Assembly (NCBI GenBank): GCA_946965045.2
Contig: OX337237.1
Span: 2,170,001 to 2,234,000, forward strand
Direction: 5' to 3'
DNA from: Epithemia pelagica
Lineage: Eukaryota > Protista > Bacillariophyta
DNA length: 64,000 bases
This document shows, in pieces, positions 46,010 to 57,370 of this stretch (the first letter of the stretch is position 1; each line of letters begins with the position of its first letter). Made by a program: the position numbers and the translations under genes. The notes under the pieces are model-generated. The model ran no database searches. It worked only from the letters and a program-made list of their open reading frames with translations, and had not been told where the DNA came from.

Positions 46010-48640
46010 TTAGGCCCAATATACATGTGATAGTGCGAAAATACAGGAATTCCCTCCACATCCGTTAACCTTGATTGCAAGTCGCACTGCCTTGCTTTCA
46101 GATGTGAATTCGGCACTGTCAAGCAAGACTAACGTCTCCGAGCGCCCCTTGTGATGAGATTTCGTGCGATCGACTATGTCTTGCTTGGTCCAGGTCGTCT
46201 CTGTATTACCATCAATGGAAAACACGAGGGCAAAGCCTTCGTCGTCCGGTATCACCGATCCCAATTCTCGATTCGTATGGTCACTTCTCAGATTTCGGTC
46301 ATTTTTGCCACTAGCGGATGGCATGTTGTAAAAGGCATAGTTGATGATAATAATCCCTTCTTTTAGATCAGGGAGATCCAGGACTAACCAACCACATGCA
46401 TCATTGCCAACAAGTTCGCCCCTTGAATCGTGATAACCCAACAATGGACAAGAGTCAGAGGAGTCTCGTCCACATATAGAAAGATATTCACCGTCACATT
46501 GGCCTGGTTTTTCTGAGTGAATCGACCACCCCTTGCCCTGTGTATATGTTTCGGAGAGATGGCGAGATGCAGGATATGCTCGCCTCTGTTGATTCTGATC
46601 TCGCTCTATTGCAATGCGTTCTATCCTTGCCGCATGGATTGCCTCAAACAATGGCAGCATCGTAAGATTAAGACGGTTACTTTGCGTTTGGCTGAAGTAA
46701 GACAGGGATAATTCATCGTTCACGTCCGTGTCATCGTGGTTCTCTTGTAGCAATGGTTCCGAAACCATCAAATGACGTTTTCGCAATCCGGCCACTTCCA
46801 CCACTGTAGATCCGGGGTCCAAGCAAATGTTCTGTACATCTTCACCAGAATATTCCATTTTCTTTGGATTGGATGGCACCAAGGTATCCTTATCAGCACC
46901 GGATTCCACATGAATCAGGTTGGTCAAGGAGGTAGCATTGGGTCGTGGCGTGTGTTCCGTAGCACCCTTGAGCGGGACCGAACAAATGCGCGAGGGCAAG
47001 GAAAACTCCGTTGCAAAGTCAAGACACTGTCGATTGACTTCCTTGTCTGACTGAGACAAAACCGCCGCTAATTTTGTATGCATGTTTTCATACATGTCCT
47101 TTACATGCCATTCTTCGTCCTCAAGTGGTGGGCCTCCCATGGTTCCTTGACTCCATGTGGAGAGGGCATCTTGCATTGAATCAATCAACATATAAGCGAG
47201 GTTTCGCCCCAGGAGTTGGTGTTCGCGCCACCCGGGGTACCACCAACGTGATCCTTCGGCTCCTACGGCGTTTTCTTCGACAAGGTGTGGAAACATTTCT
47301 TTTGGTTTGGTAATGTCCTCACGGTCAATCCAGCAGCGGAAACAGTGCTTATTTTGTTTACATAAGCTCTGAGTTCCACCGTCACATTGTACAAAGCGAA
47401 ACGGCTCCGGAAGCGTTTGGGCTTGTGCTGCACTTGTCGTCATCGGCACGCCGTGTAACGCTGTGCCCATTTGGCCGACGTCAATATCGGCTTCATTGTG
47501 GAAAAACCGCAAGAGGTCAAACAATCCTGGGGGATTACTATTGCCTCCTAGAAGCAAAAAAGGAACTTTTCCTTGTTTGCCTCTACTCAACAGTCCTTGT
47601 CGAAAAAACAGATTGGCATACTGGGCATTTGCCTCGGTCGTTTCGCCATCCCAAATAAGCACATCAATATCTTGTCCAAAAAGAGACGAGAAGCCAAGCG
47701 TTGATTGGATCGTGCCCATCCCATGTCCCATGGCAAGATTCCGTGTAACAAGTTTTACGCCCATGCGAGCCATCATGGGTGCAAATATACGATGAAAGTG
47801 CATCAAGTAGGATTGGCGAAAGTGATTGCCATGACCTGCAGATGCCGCATCACCTCCCAGAACAACCACAAACTCGTCATTGGTCATCATGGCATGCAGA
47901 AGGCGGCGAGTCAATCCTGACAGAGACCGCGAAGTACTCCAGCCCCCTTTACTCCGCTTCCCCGTTTTGGGCACGTAATCGTCGGGTGGAGAAGTGGCCG
48001 ACGCCAAGTTAATTTGTTCCATTCGAAACATCTCTGTACGTTGTGCATACCCTTCCGGCGGGAGAGGCTTGCCCCGCCCATATTCGGTAAACAAGGCCTC
48101 CAATGTTCGCGCCACCATTTTGTCTCCATCGTTCAAAATGTGATTGATAAAGACGGCATCGGCCTGCCACGCATCATCCGAAAAGAATTCTCCAGGAATG
48201 TCACGATATGTGTAGTCGGCCGCGTAGTCTGATTTACTAGGTCGGATATCTTCTTCTCCATCCCAAAAGTGCCATCGTCCGAATGTTGCCTCCAACCCAC
48301 TCCGTCTTTGTTCCTGTTGTTCGTCGGTACCATACTGAAGCAAGGGATCCGGAGCAATCGTCGCCATTTTGGAGTACACATAAGGACCCGTCTCTTCATC
48401 ATTTCCCTCATCCTCCAAATGACGCTCAAAAGTTTCTAACAGGAAAGTATCTATATTGTTGTCGGTTGATTCGCTTTCTGTCAAATCGTGGTCGGGAGAT
48501 GCCGCCACCACGACAGCGGTCAAATGACCCATGTGCTCCAACAAACATGGTGCGGCCAAGGCCATCCACATCATGGCCATGACTCTTCCTTGAAAAGAAA
48601 GCCAGCAATGGCGCCTTGCAATTCCGTGTAGAGGCATCAT
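46010..48640 (-). CDS. Large secreted protein, possible SGNH/GDSL-like domain
   Basis: 876-aa ORF with a hydrophobic N-terminus; VVLGGDAASAGHGNHFRQSY resembles block I; many Cys pairs. Confidence 0.55.
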   Translation of the reverse strand: MMPLHGIARRHCWLSFQGRVMAMMWMALAAPCLLEHMGHLTAVVVAASPDHDLTESESTDNNIDTFLLETFERHLEDEGNDEETGPYVYSKMATIAPDPLLQYGTDEQQEQRRSGLEATFGRWHFWDGEEDIRPSKSDYAADYTYRDIPGEFFSDDAWQADAVFINHILNDGDKMVARTLEALFTEYGRGKPLPPEGYAQRTEMFRMEQINLASATSPPDDYVPKTGKRSKGGWSTSRSLSGLTRRLLHAMMTNDEFVVVLGGDAASAGHGNHFRQSYLMHFHRIFAPMMARMGVKLVTRNLAMGHGMGTIQSTLGFSSLFGQDIDVLIWDGETTEANAQYANLFFRQGLLSRGKQGKVPFLLLGGNSNPPGLFDLLRFFHNEADIDVGQMGTALHGVPMTTSAAQAQTLPEPFRFVQCDGGTQSLCKQNKHCFRCWIDREDITKPKEMFPHLVEENAVGAEGSRWWYPGWREHQLLGRNLAYMLIDSMQDALSTWSQGTMGGPPLEDEEWHVKDMYENMHTKLAAVLSQSDKEVNRQCLDFATEFSLPSRICSVPLKGATEHTPRPNATSLTNLIHVESGADKDTLVPSNPKKMEYSGEDVQNICLDPGSTVVEVAGLRKRHLMVSEPLLQENHDDTDVNDELSLSYFSQTQSNRLNLTMLPLFEAIHAARIERIAIERDQNQQRRAYPASRHLSETYTQGKGWSIHSEKPGQCDGEYLSICGRDSSDSCPLLGYHDSRGELVGNDACGWLVLDLPDLKEGIIIINYAFYNMPSASGKNDRNLRSDHTNRELGSVIPDDEGFALVFSIDGNTETTWTKQDIVDRTKSHHKGRSETLVLLDSAEFTSESKAVRLAIKVNGCGGNSCIFALSHVYWA

Positions 48641-49026
48641 GATGATCAGAAATGAAACCTTTTGTCTGACGACTATTGACTTTCAAGAGTTGTTGGATGA
48701 GGCAATGGTGTCACGATTCTCGTGACCATGTGACCATCGCGATGGAATGACCCTCTTCGGGCTAATATCGCAGCACGCACAACACATACTCATATATGTC
48801 TATCTATAGATAGAAGAACAGGAGTAGGTAGCTTTGCCGCAATCACTTCGTCATACAACCTCCCTTACTTGATTTGACTTTCTGTAGAATGATGCGATAC
48901 ATACGGAGAAGTGAACTCTAAGTAGTAGAGTGGTAAAGTGGACGATTTTTCGATCGTGTTTGTGGAAGTGGCCTTGGGGGCTGCATTTCGACAAAGTGGA
49001 CCAAGAGCCTGTTCTCTATAGCAACC

Positions 49027-49942
49027 ATGGTTACCTCCGAATCATACGATGAATATAAGCGCGTAAGTCCTAGGATGGTGGACCGTCGTTTTTGAAGGAT
49101 ATGTTTGTATGAGCGAGCGGAGGACAATTCGTTTCATTCTGAACAATGGACTTCCATTGTCCGTACGCAGTATGCGTTCCGTTATCCCTCCAATCTTTTG
49201 CTCTACGTTGTCGACTTTCTTTCCTAAAGTTACTCACTCCACAACTTTATCGTAACTACAGGAATACAATGAATCGCTCAGCCGTATTCGAAGCTACTTG
49301 GCCGGATCCACTCGGAATCGCACCATTATGATTGAATGCGATCGACGTCTGAGTGATGCAAAACGATGCGCTACTGCAATGCAAGCCATGGCCGAAATTG
49401 AAGGCAATACCATGAGAATTGCAGAAGCCAAAAATTTTCTAGAACGTGATGTTGCACCCTTGGCCAAGGAAATTCAACGCCAATTGGCGGCCCTCACACA
49501 ACCCAATGCCATGCCCACCTCCAACATGACACAACAACAACTACAACAGCAACGTCAAGAACTCTTTTATCAGGCTCCCGATATTGAAAGTGGAGACAAT
49601 AATGACGCGGATGCCGGAGATAATATGTTGATGGATTCCTTGATTCAGTCCTCCGATGACTTGCTGCGTGATTCCCAAAACGTGTTGGCGGAAACCGAAG
49701 AAATTAGTACTCGAACGCTTCAGCAAATGGGTCGTCAAAGAGAACAACTTGAAAACTCCAATCAGCATTTGACGGCCTTACAAACTGCCACCGAACAAGC
49801 CAAGAATATCTTGTCCGGTATGGTCTATCGAGCTTGGAGAAGCAAAATGTCCTTGTACTTCATGATCTTTCTCTTGACGTGTGCCAATATCTACGCCTTG
49901 TATCATATTCTATACAAGAAGCATCGTCATTCAAAACACTAA
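49027..49942 (+). CDS. VTI1: Qb-SNARE, VTI1-like, 2 exons
   Basis: Exon 49027-49062 (MVTSESYDEYKR), intron 49063-49261, SNARE motif AETEEI..TLQQMGRQREQL, C-terminal TM helix. Confidence 0.8.
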
Positions 49943-50153
49943 CAAAAACAATTGTGTTTGATCTTGCTTTGCGTTGGATTCGTTTGTCGACTTCCGACAC
50001 CTTTTCCGTTGATCGCTCTTCAGCTGCATAGTGGTTATGCGGTAATTCTACATTTGCCTATTTTCACTAGACCACACTAATGCATGATATGAAGCATACC
50101 TGTACCATTGCACTTCTCTAGAGGTTTAGGGATCACCCTTGACCAAACCCGAT

Positions 50154-51278
50154 CTATCGCTTTTTTCGAAAGAAATTTTCTTGGAGGTGTATCAGTAGGT
50201 TTCTTGCCTCGCCGTTTAGTTCGTACTCAGATTCTTGCTTGTCTCCTTCGAGCACTTGCTCTTTGTTTACTTCTGGCGTGGATTCAGTGGCAATTTGAAT
50301 GATTTCTGCCAACTGTTCATTCGTGGCTGGCTCTAGTTTCACAGTCGGGGGGAAACCGTAGACTCGATGCAGTGTTTGATGCATTTTCATTTGCAATGCT
50401 CGTTCCCCTCCTTCTTCAGTAAGATGCTTGTGCAAGCGAAACTCAAAATATTGTTTGTCCAGTTTCGAATAGGTTTCCGACATGAGAATTTGCATGGGCA
50501 AACACCAATACAAAATCGCCTCCTTGTTCCCTCTCATTTTGGCTTCCACAATTTGCATGGGTTCTCCTCCCATGGACAATATTCCCTTTCCAAGTGAGAG
50601 TTCTGCCAAACTGCTTTGAGCGATTTGGAGTAAGAAGTTTTTGTTTGACTCTTTTCGTGCTGCTAAGATTGGATCTTCTTCCACCACAAACAAAGAGCGC
50701 TTCGTTTGTGATTCACTCTGAATCCTCGAAGCGGTGTTGTTTAAGTTTTCGAGGCCTTTTCGAATGACTTCTACAATAGCCATATTGCGATTGCAAGATT
50801 CGTCCTTCTCCTCTTCTCCCATATTTGTTTTGTCCGCATCGTCTTCTTCCAACTCTTCGTCTACGGCCAATTCATCCAATTCATTGACATTAATATCTTC
50901 ATAATATGGGTCGGTTGTTGAAATAAGTGGAGCATCATTCTCTTCAACTTCTATGGCGTCATTGTCCCTCTTAAATCTAGATTTCTTGTTACGAACAAGA
51001 TTGGTCGAAAATGCGCGGCAGAACGAATGGTCGACGAGGACAGAACTTGGCTGTTCCAAGGTGCGATTCCGCCGGAAGGCAACTATCGTCTTAACGTCCA
51101 TTCGACGACAAGCCCGTCCGTTCGAGGCAAGGGCGGAGGATATCCAGCAACACTTGAACATGTGTTTTCCACATGCAACGAAGTGGTATGAATGTAGTCT
51201 CGCCATGGCTCTTCGATCGTATCTTCGTGTCGTCCGACGACAGATATAAATGAGATAAGAAGATACCCTTTGCCCCAA
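50154..51278 (-). CDS. Organelle-targeted protein, possible RbfA-like
   Basis: Arg-rich N-terminus; IVEAKMRGNKEAILYW..YGFPPTVKL loosely resembles RbfA. Start uncertain. Confidence 0.4.
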   Translation of the reverse strand: MGQRVSSYLIYICRRTTRRYDRRAMARLHSYHFVACGKHMFKCCWISSALASNGRACRRMDVKTIVAFRRNRTLEQPSSVLVDHSFCRAFSTNLVRNKKSRFKRDNDAIEVEENDAPLISTTDPYYEDINVNELDELAVDEELEEDDADKTNMGEEEKDESCNRNMAIVEVIRKGLENLNNTASRIQSESQTKRSLFVVEEDPILAARKESNKNFLLQIAQSSLAELSLGKGILSMGGEPMQIVEAKMRGNKEAILYWCLPMQILMSETYSKLDKQYFEFRLHKHLTEEGGERALQMKMHQTLHRVYGFPPTVKLEPATNEQLAEIIQIATESTPEVNKEQVLEGDKQESEYELNGEARNLLIHLQENFFRKKR

Positions 51279-51709
51279 TCTCAGCTCTCTTCGGTCGACT
51301 ATGGGTCGCTTTATAAGGGGAGGTTGAGCTTATCAATGTTAATTACAGTACTCCTAGTTCTCTTTTTCTTTCTAGGAGTAGCTTCTAATAGCCAATATCT
51401 ACTACTCCTACACAATATTATGGCATGGCAATGGGACTGGAGCATCAAAAGGGTTCGAAACTCAGCAACAATAACGCCATGTCTCTTCCGCCATACTTAT
51501 CTATTGTTCGATCGCACGACAATCCCCATCCGTCTATATGATGGAGATATCACATGCCCTCTTTTCTTTGTAAGATTCATGTCTCATCGCAATCAACCAA
51601 GGAAGGAGTACCTTCAAAAGAGAAGAAAAGCCAAAGTTGAATTGCTTTCAGTGAGACCATATGGACGGACTGACAAGCTGACAGCAGGGAACACTTATAC
51701 CTAATTCTG

Positions 51710-53716
51710 TTGGCTGTTATCATGCCGTCGTCATCAAGCAACAAGAGCAACCAGACTCAGATCGACGACGGGAAGCACCAGAATCTGCTAGTTGCTTGTT
51801 GTCTCGTTACAGCCGCATCCGCGTTGGGTGTCGCTGCTGTAGTTCTTGCTTGGCATTGGCGCAATCGAAGGCAAGACAGAGACGATGATGACGACGAACA
51901 CATCGATCCCAACAATGGCATGACGGTCGGAGACCAATCCAAATCGCAATCCGAATTGATTGCGTCGTCACCGTCTACACCTGAGAACATTCGCACAGTG
52001 GCTGTGACTGCTCGGATGGGCCCAGCTCGTTATTGGTATGGTCGTCCTTGCAACTCCTCCGAAGAAGTCGAGTCCCCAACAACTCCCCCAATATCGTCCA
52101 CGTCGGCAATTTGCCGTCCCTCCGAGGAGGATGACTTTGTGGATGCTCGCACACCAATTATTAGCAATTTGCAAAGATCTTCGTCCCCACCTTCCGTTCC
52201 CCGTCCACAACAGATTGACTTTCTTTTCAACCAAACAACGACTACTACCAGCTACATTCAATCTCCACATCTTCTAGTGAATCACGATGGACGGACTTTG
52301 CTGCAAAGTTCGCGAAGACGTGGGACAGGCTTGAGTCTAACTGGATCCCATCAACCACGACCTAAGCGGTCGTTATCATCGTCTTCTTCCACGGAAATAC
52401 CACCCTTTAACCTCGACCATGCCTTGCAACATTCCAAGCAAAAGTTAGAAGAGACTGCATCCTTCCTTCGACCTTTCTGTCAAGGGGCTTCTCATCATTT
52501 GAAAACCGAACCTTGCACCTGTAAGGAAGAAGCGCAGGGATATCGATGTCGTTTCACATTGCAAGTAATTTGTCAACTACGAGAGCAACGGCATGGCGAA
52601 CCCGATCACCATGGTCATCATCAGTGGATCTTAAAATTCGCAATTCGAAAGAACAGAGAACCGATTGCTCTTCAAGATGGTGGTGATTCGTATCACATTG
52701 CGACGCCAGCCCTACGAGAGTTGATGAGCACTCTGATAAACGAGTTGAATGAGAAACCAGACCACTACTCGCTTTTGACAACCAATTTGACCAGTGTATC
52801 ATTCTTGTCGTCATGGGATCCAAGTCGAACACGATTGGTTACTCTCCATTACGACGTTGCGGTAGACGGGCAACAAGATCGCGTTTTATGGATTGCTCAA
52901 GCCGATGCTCTGCGTGATAAATGTCGGGCAACGGTCATTTCCGGTCGAGCCAAAAGGATGTTACTGCGCACGTCCGCGCAAGAGGTGCGAGAAGGTGAAG
53001 AATCTGAGGTTGGAACGGATGATCATATATTGCTACAGGAACACTTGGGATGGAAAGTCAGTGCTCACTCTCCTTCCTCTACCTTGAAAGACACGGAAGG
53101 ACATGTAGTGCATCTCTTCAAACCAGAAGGAGCCTTCTGTCATCCCAATGCCAATGTCATGTACCGCGCACTGTCTTGGATTTTGTCGCGGTTAGCAAGC
53201 ATTCGTCTTCGACATGGGTTCAACTACCAGGTTCGCATGTTGGAACTCTACTGTGGTTGTGGGGCGCATACCGTGCCTCTGGCCAGATCGGGCCTTGTGT
53301 CCGACCTTGTGGCGGTCGAAATGGACGACAGACTGGTCGAGGCTTGCCGACGAAACATCCAAGACAATGGGTTAGAAGCAGTGGCTTCTGTTGTTTCGGC
53401 AGATGCGACAAAATGGGTCGCTAGTATGAAACAAAAGTCGTCCTCGGAGAAAGACAAAACGTTCGATGTCTTGCTCGTCGATCCTCCAAGACAAGGTCTT
53501 GACTCAAAGGTCCTCACATTCGCCGTTAACGAAAGCAACAAGATAAACGATATTATCTACATTTCTTGCGGAAGGGAGGCACTTGTCCGTGATCTGGGTG
53601 TTCTAAAGTCTCATTTTGAACCTGCTAATTGTACGCTGCTCGACCTGTTTCCTGGTACTGATTCGGTCGAATCACTGGTTCATTTACGACGCTTGAATCA
53701 GATCGGGACCATCTGA
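51710..53716 (+). CDS. tRNA/rRNA (uracil-5)-methyltransferase, TrmA/TRMT2 family
   Basis: LELYCGCG, LVDPPRQG, YISC, DLFPGT..VE. Confidence 0.9.
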   Translation: MAVIMPSSSSNKSNQTQIDDGKHQNLLVACCLVTAASALGVAAVVLAWHWRNRRQDRDDDDDEHIDPNNGMTVGDQSKSQSELIASSPSTPENIRTVAVTARMGPARYWYGRPCNSSEEVESPTTPPISSTSAICRPSEEDDFVDARTPIISNLQRSSSPPSVPRPQQIDFLFNQTTTTTSYIQSPHLLVNHDGRTLLQSSRRRGTGLSLTGSHQPRPKRSLSSSSSTEIPPFNLDHALQHSKQKLEETASFLRPFCQGASHHLKTEPCTCKEEAQGYRCRFTLQVICQLREQRHGEPDHHGHHQWILKFAIRKNREPIALQDGGDSYHIATPALRELMSTLINELNEKPDHYSLLTTNLTSVSFLSSWDPSRTRLVTLHYDVAVDGQQDRVLWIAQADALRDKCRATVISGRAKRMLLRTSAQEVREGEESEVGTDDHILLQEHLGWKVSAHSPSSTLKDTEGHVVHLFKPEGAFCHPNANVMYRALSWILSRLASIRLRHGFNYQVRMLELYCGCGAHTVPLARSGLVSDLVAVEMDDRLVEACRRNIQDNGLEAVASVVSADATKWVASMKQKSSSEKDKTFDVLLVDPPRQGLDSKVLTFAVNESNKINDIIYISCGREALVRDLGVLKSHFEPANCTLLDLFPGTDSVESLVHLRRLNQIGTI

Positions 53717-53827
53717 TTTGCTACATACATTTAACTCACGTTCAATTGATCGTTGGTATCTGTTGGTATTGGTTACCAATGGAATAATATGTCTAAGGTT
53801 TAATTCTATGATTTTGTAGCGTATCGA

Positions 53828-55123
53828 TTATTCCGAAAATCGTCCTATATGTGTAAGCCAGCGTCCCACATCAAAATAAAAAGAAGCTGCGTATGCGTTC
53901 CTGTCTTGTGCGTACGAATCAGCAACTTTTCGAGTGTGTCGAGGGGTTATTGTGACTCGACAGCTCAGTTGCAACGTTCTGTTCGATCCACTCAGCTTGA
54001 GTTTGGTAATCTGCGCGTTGTGTCCCATGTCGAGACTGATGGGAGGCACAACTGGCACAAACAATCCAACTGACGGACTCAGCGATATCTCAAGCCCCGG
54101 AAATGTGAGAACATGACCCCGATTCGACACATCCAGACCCGAGCGGACCTCAAAATCAAGCTTTGAACCAAACGGTGTCGTGGCGGAACCAGATATTGAC
54201 AATTTGCCGGATGGGATGATCTTAATCCCAGTGATCTGTACATTTGACGCATTCAACCCTCGGTTTTCGAGACATCTGGACAAGAGACTTTTGAGTCCTT
54301 CTCGTATACATGTAGACTCGAAGAGATCTTTCTGGGTGAACAGTGCTTCATGTGCCTCCAAGTCAAACATTGAAGGAAACCGAGGGATTCGACCACAAAA
54401 AGGAGCGAACTTGTACAAGTTGATGGCCAAACGGCGGCTCTTGAGTTCCCCCCTTGAAACCCGTAATGCACCAAACGCGAGCTTGTCAAACTGGATTGTT
54501 GCATCTGCACGGAAGATTCCTTTCACAATATCTATCACACCACTATTTGAATCACAATGTACTTGGAGGTTTTTGTGAGCACCTTGTGTCCATCGATGGA
54601 ACAACGTCGCTAATATATTCTCCGCGCGACCGGCCGTCACCCTGGCCAATGGTGGCGACGAGCGTGACTGGTCAGGAGCAAAAATGGCACTATCTGAACC
54701 AAGCGCTTCTTCCACTGTTATCAGTCTGGTTCTCTGAGAAACAGGAGATATTACGTCAATCATATTGGAGTTGTCGAAGGGAGACCTGGAACTGCCCAAA
54801 TCGGCATAGTTGGGAACCATGAAATTGTCAGGGCCACTGGACGGTAGTGTAGTTGTAGCGGAGCCCTGTTCGTCCAGCTCAAGGGAAGAGCTATCACGGC
54901 GAAGTACCTTTTTAACTAGCCTCGTTGGCCATGCTTTTCCAGTGCTCGATCGAATGGGGAGTGGCGTGATGGTAAAATGCCGATCGGAATCTGCCACCAC
55001 GGTAACTGCATCACGCTGGGTTGAAGAATGCCGTGAACGTGACGGGGCAACTTGACCAATCCATGCTGAAGCTGGGTTGACGGCGGCTGCAGCAAGGAAT
55101 ATCCTGAACTTGGTTATCTTCAT
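53828..55123 (-). CDS. Plastid-targeted DUF2993/LmeA-like protein
   Basis: Signal MKITKFRIFLAAAAVNPASA|W (ASAFAP-type); beta-rich repeats such as LQVHCDSNSGVIDIVKG. Confidence 0.55.
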   Translation of the reverse strand: MKITKFRIFLAAAAVNPASAWIGQVAPSRSRHSSTQRDAVTVVADSDRHFTITPLPIRSSTGKAWPTRLVKKVLRRDSSSLELDEQGSATTTLPSSGPDNFMVPNYADLGSSRSPFDNSNMIDVISPVSQRTRLITVEEALGSDSAIFAPDQSRSSPPLARVTAGRAENILATLFHRWTQGAHKNLQVHCDSNSGVIDIVKGIFRADATIQFDKLAFGALRVSRGELKSRRLAINLYKFAPFCGRIPRFPSMFDLEAHEALFTQKDLFESTCIREGLKSLLSRCLENRGLNASNVQITGIKIIPSGKLSISGSATTPFGSKLDFEVRSGLDVSNRGHVLTFPGLEISLSPSVGLFVPVVPPISLDMGHNAQITKLKLSGSNRTLQLSCRVTITPRHTRKVADSYAQDRNAYAASFYFDVGRWLTHIGRFSE

Positions 55124-56475
55124 TCTTGCAATCGCAAAAATTGTGTTTGGGATCTGGGAATGCGAAAGGGCAATGTCACACACAAAAAAGGAAAGTTAAA
55201 AGCCGTAAGAACTGATAAAACGTGACCTCTTTCGGAAGTAGCGAAAGAGCGACAGCCGCAGGATTGGGCCTTGTGCACAACTAACGGTCATTCACGCAGG
55301 AACTGGTACAAACATTACGCGGCTAACCGATGACCGAGCCGGCCAACTATGCCGTTTGCAGACCTCATGATCCTACGCGCGACCGGAATTGGTCGCAGAA
55401 AAGACTCTCGAGAACGAAGACGATTGCCCACGACAACGAAGGAAAGGTCCGGCAAAGTCGCAATTGATAATGATTCAAGGAGACCCAGTTTCCCTCCATG
55501 AATTATTGTCACGAGATCGGTCCATGGACTCGGAATGAAGTCACTCTCACAGCGGGAAACTAGCATTCTGGTGAAGTCATTCAAAAACTTACCCTTTTCC
55601 GCAAGGAAGGCAGAGGAATGAGGAATCAATCAACGGATGAGGCCGCCGAAAATGGCGTGCTTTCCTGGAGCCGAAGTCTGTCGAGTTTGTTCTCTTTGCT
55701 CAATTCGACAAAGGTATCGTTGACTCTAACGTGAAGCCTTTCAGCCGCAGTGAAACAAACAAAAGAGATGCTGGAAAGAGCACTGTCTGAACCGACGAAG
55801 ACAACAACAGAGAGTGATGGGTCGGTCGATGGAATTATGGGAGAAGATTGTCGAGAACAGATGCTCAACTTTGGTGTCTGTGTTGTGGATCTTCAATTAC
55901 TCTCTATCGCTTACATGTATGGAAGATTATCGATATATCATTGAATTCAGATGAATAATTCTTGCTTAGGGAGTATTCGGGTGATTTTGCGCGCGTCTTT
56001 TTTGTGGCTCCAAACTCCAAAGCGGAACTCCATCGGCGTCCGACTAGGTATACCTTCAAAGAGTACCTGCTGATACGAGCGAATGACAGACTTTCCCCAA
56101 AGCGTTCTGTCTTGCAGCTCGTTCTCCGCCTAGGAGTAGAAGTATGATTTGACAACAAGCGTCGCCCCTTCAGGGCTTCCAAATTATCGGTAGCATCACT
56201 GTTTCCTTACATTCTCGCTAAATAATGGCCAGAAGATCGACATGATAGAGCTACCATGGAAAACTGCGAACTCAGGCATTATTGACGTGGTCGTATGCTC
56301 TATGATCGTCTTCCTGTAACAGCTATTTTTATGACCTAGAAGAACATGAAAAAGTGATTTATGATACGTCTTCAGATGTTTTTTTCTCCGAGTATTCTGA
56401 AATGTACCTCTGGTCAATCTGCAAGTTCAAGCGAAGTACCGCCGTGAGTTATCGAGATCATCATACTGCAGATAG

Positions 56476-57370
56476 TCATCCGGCGTTACCTCGGCAAAAG
56501 GTACTGACGACGTAATCAACAGCTTCAGGACCTAGTCTAGAAGCCAATAGCCTGAGCTTTGGGTCCACCATGCGCTGTGTAGTGATCCTGGAAGGCTGGT
56601 GTTCTCTTGCAGATGGAGGAATTGAATGTACTGAAACATTGTCGCAGGTGCCAGGTCCCATCTCGGAAGACGTAGGTTTGTCTCGTGCATGAGAGAAATT
56701 TATTTTTGAATCTTGTGACACGGCATTGATCTGGTCCACTTTGTCATTACAGGAACCAGCATCGGCCGTTGCTGCAGTCGGAGCAAGTGCGCTGGGGAGG
56801 AACATGGTCAAGAGTGCTTCGTCCAAGTTGAAATGACCGGATCCATTTTCTGGAGTGTCGTTTGTTCGATTCTGAAGAGTCGTATAGTCCACGGAATGTA
56901 AAGTAACATTTGACCCCTCAACGAAATCCTGTACTGGTTCATTTTGGTGATCCACCGAAGGAGAACTTAATGAGTTCTTTGATTTGCTCTTGTCATTGTT
57001 GAAAGCCTCGAATATTTGGGTCAGAGGCGTCGACTCATTGTCGTTCGCTGAACCTTTCGACGTGGATAGAAGTGGAAGGGCGATTTCCATCAGATTACCC
57101 CCATTGATCTTCTCACTACATGAACCGCTTCCATAATTTTCTTCGAGGGTACGTTTTTCTAGCTCTTCACGAATGTAATAGGGAGCTTTTTCAGAGTGAG
57201 AAAGGGATTTCCAACGCCTCGCGATGGAGTGTGCCAAATTTCCAAATCCAGGCGAATGGTTTGTTCCGCGCTCAGCTAGTGGACCACTTTCTGAAGCCTC
57301 GGAGAGAAGTTTATTGCGCTGCTCTCGAAAAACAGTGAGTATGCTGATATGGGTACGTGGGATCTCTGCA
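56476..57370 (-). pseudogene. HMG-box protein with an apparent frameshift
   Basis: PISAYSLFF in one frame continues as REQRNKLL...GFGNLAHSIARRWKSLSHSEKAPY in another; the shift is in a T5 run near 57330. Confidence 0.6.

Noticed and set aside
55315-56182. Short ORFs between DUF2993 and the HMG gene
   Set aside because: No recognisable motif or consistent frame.
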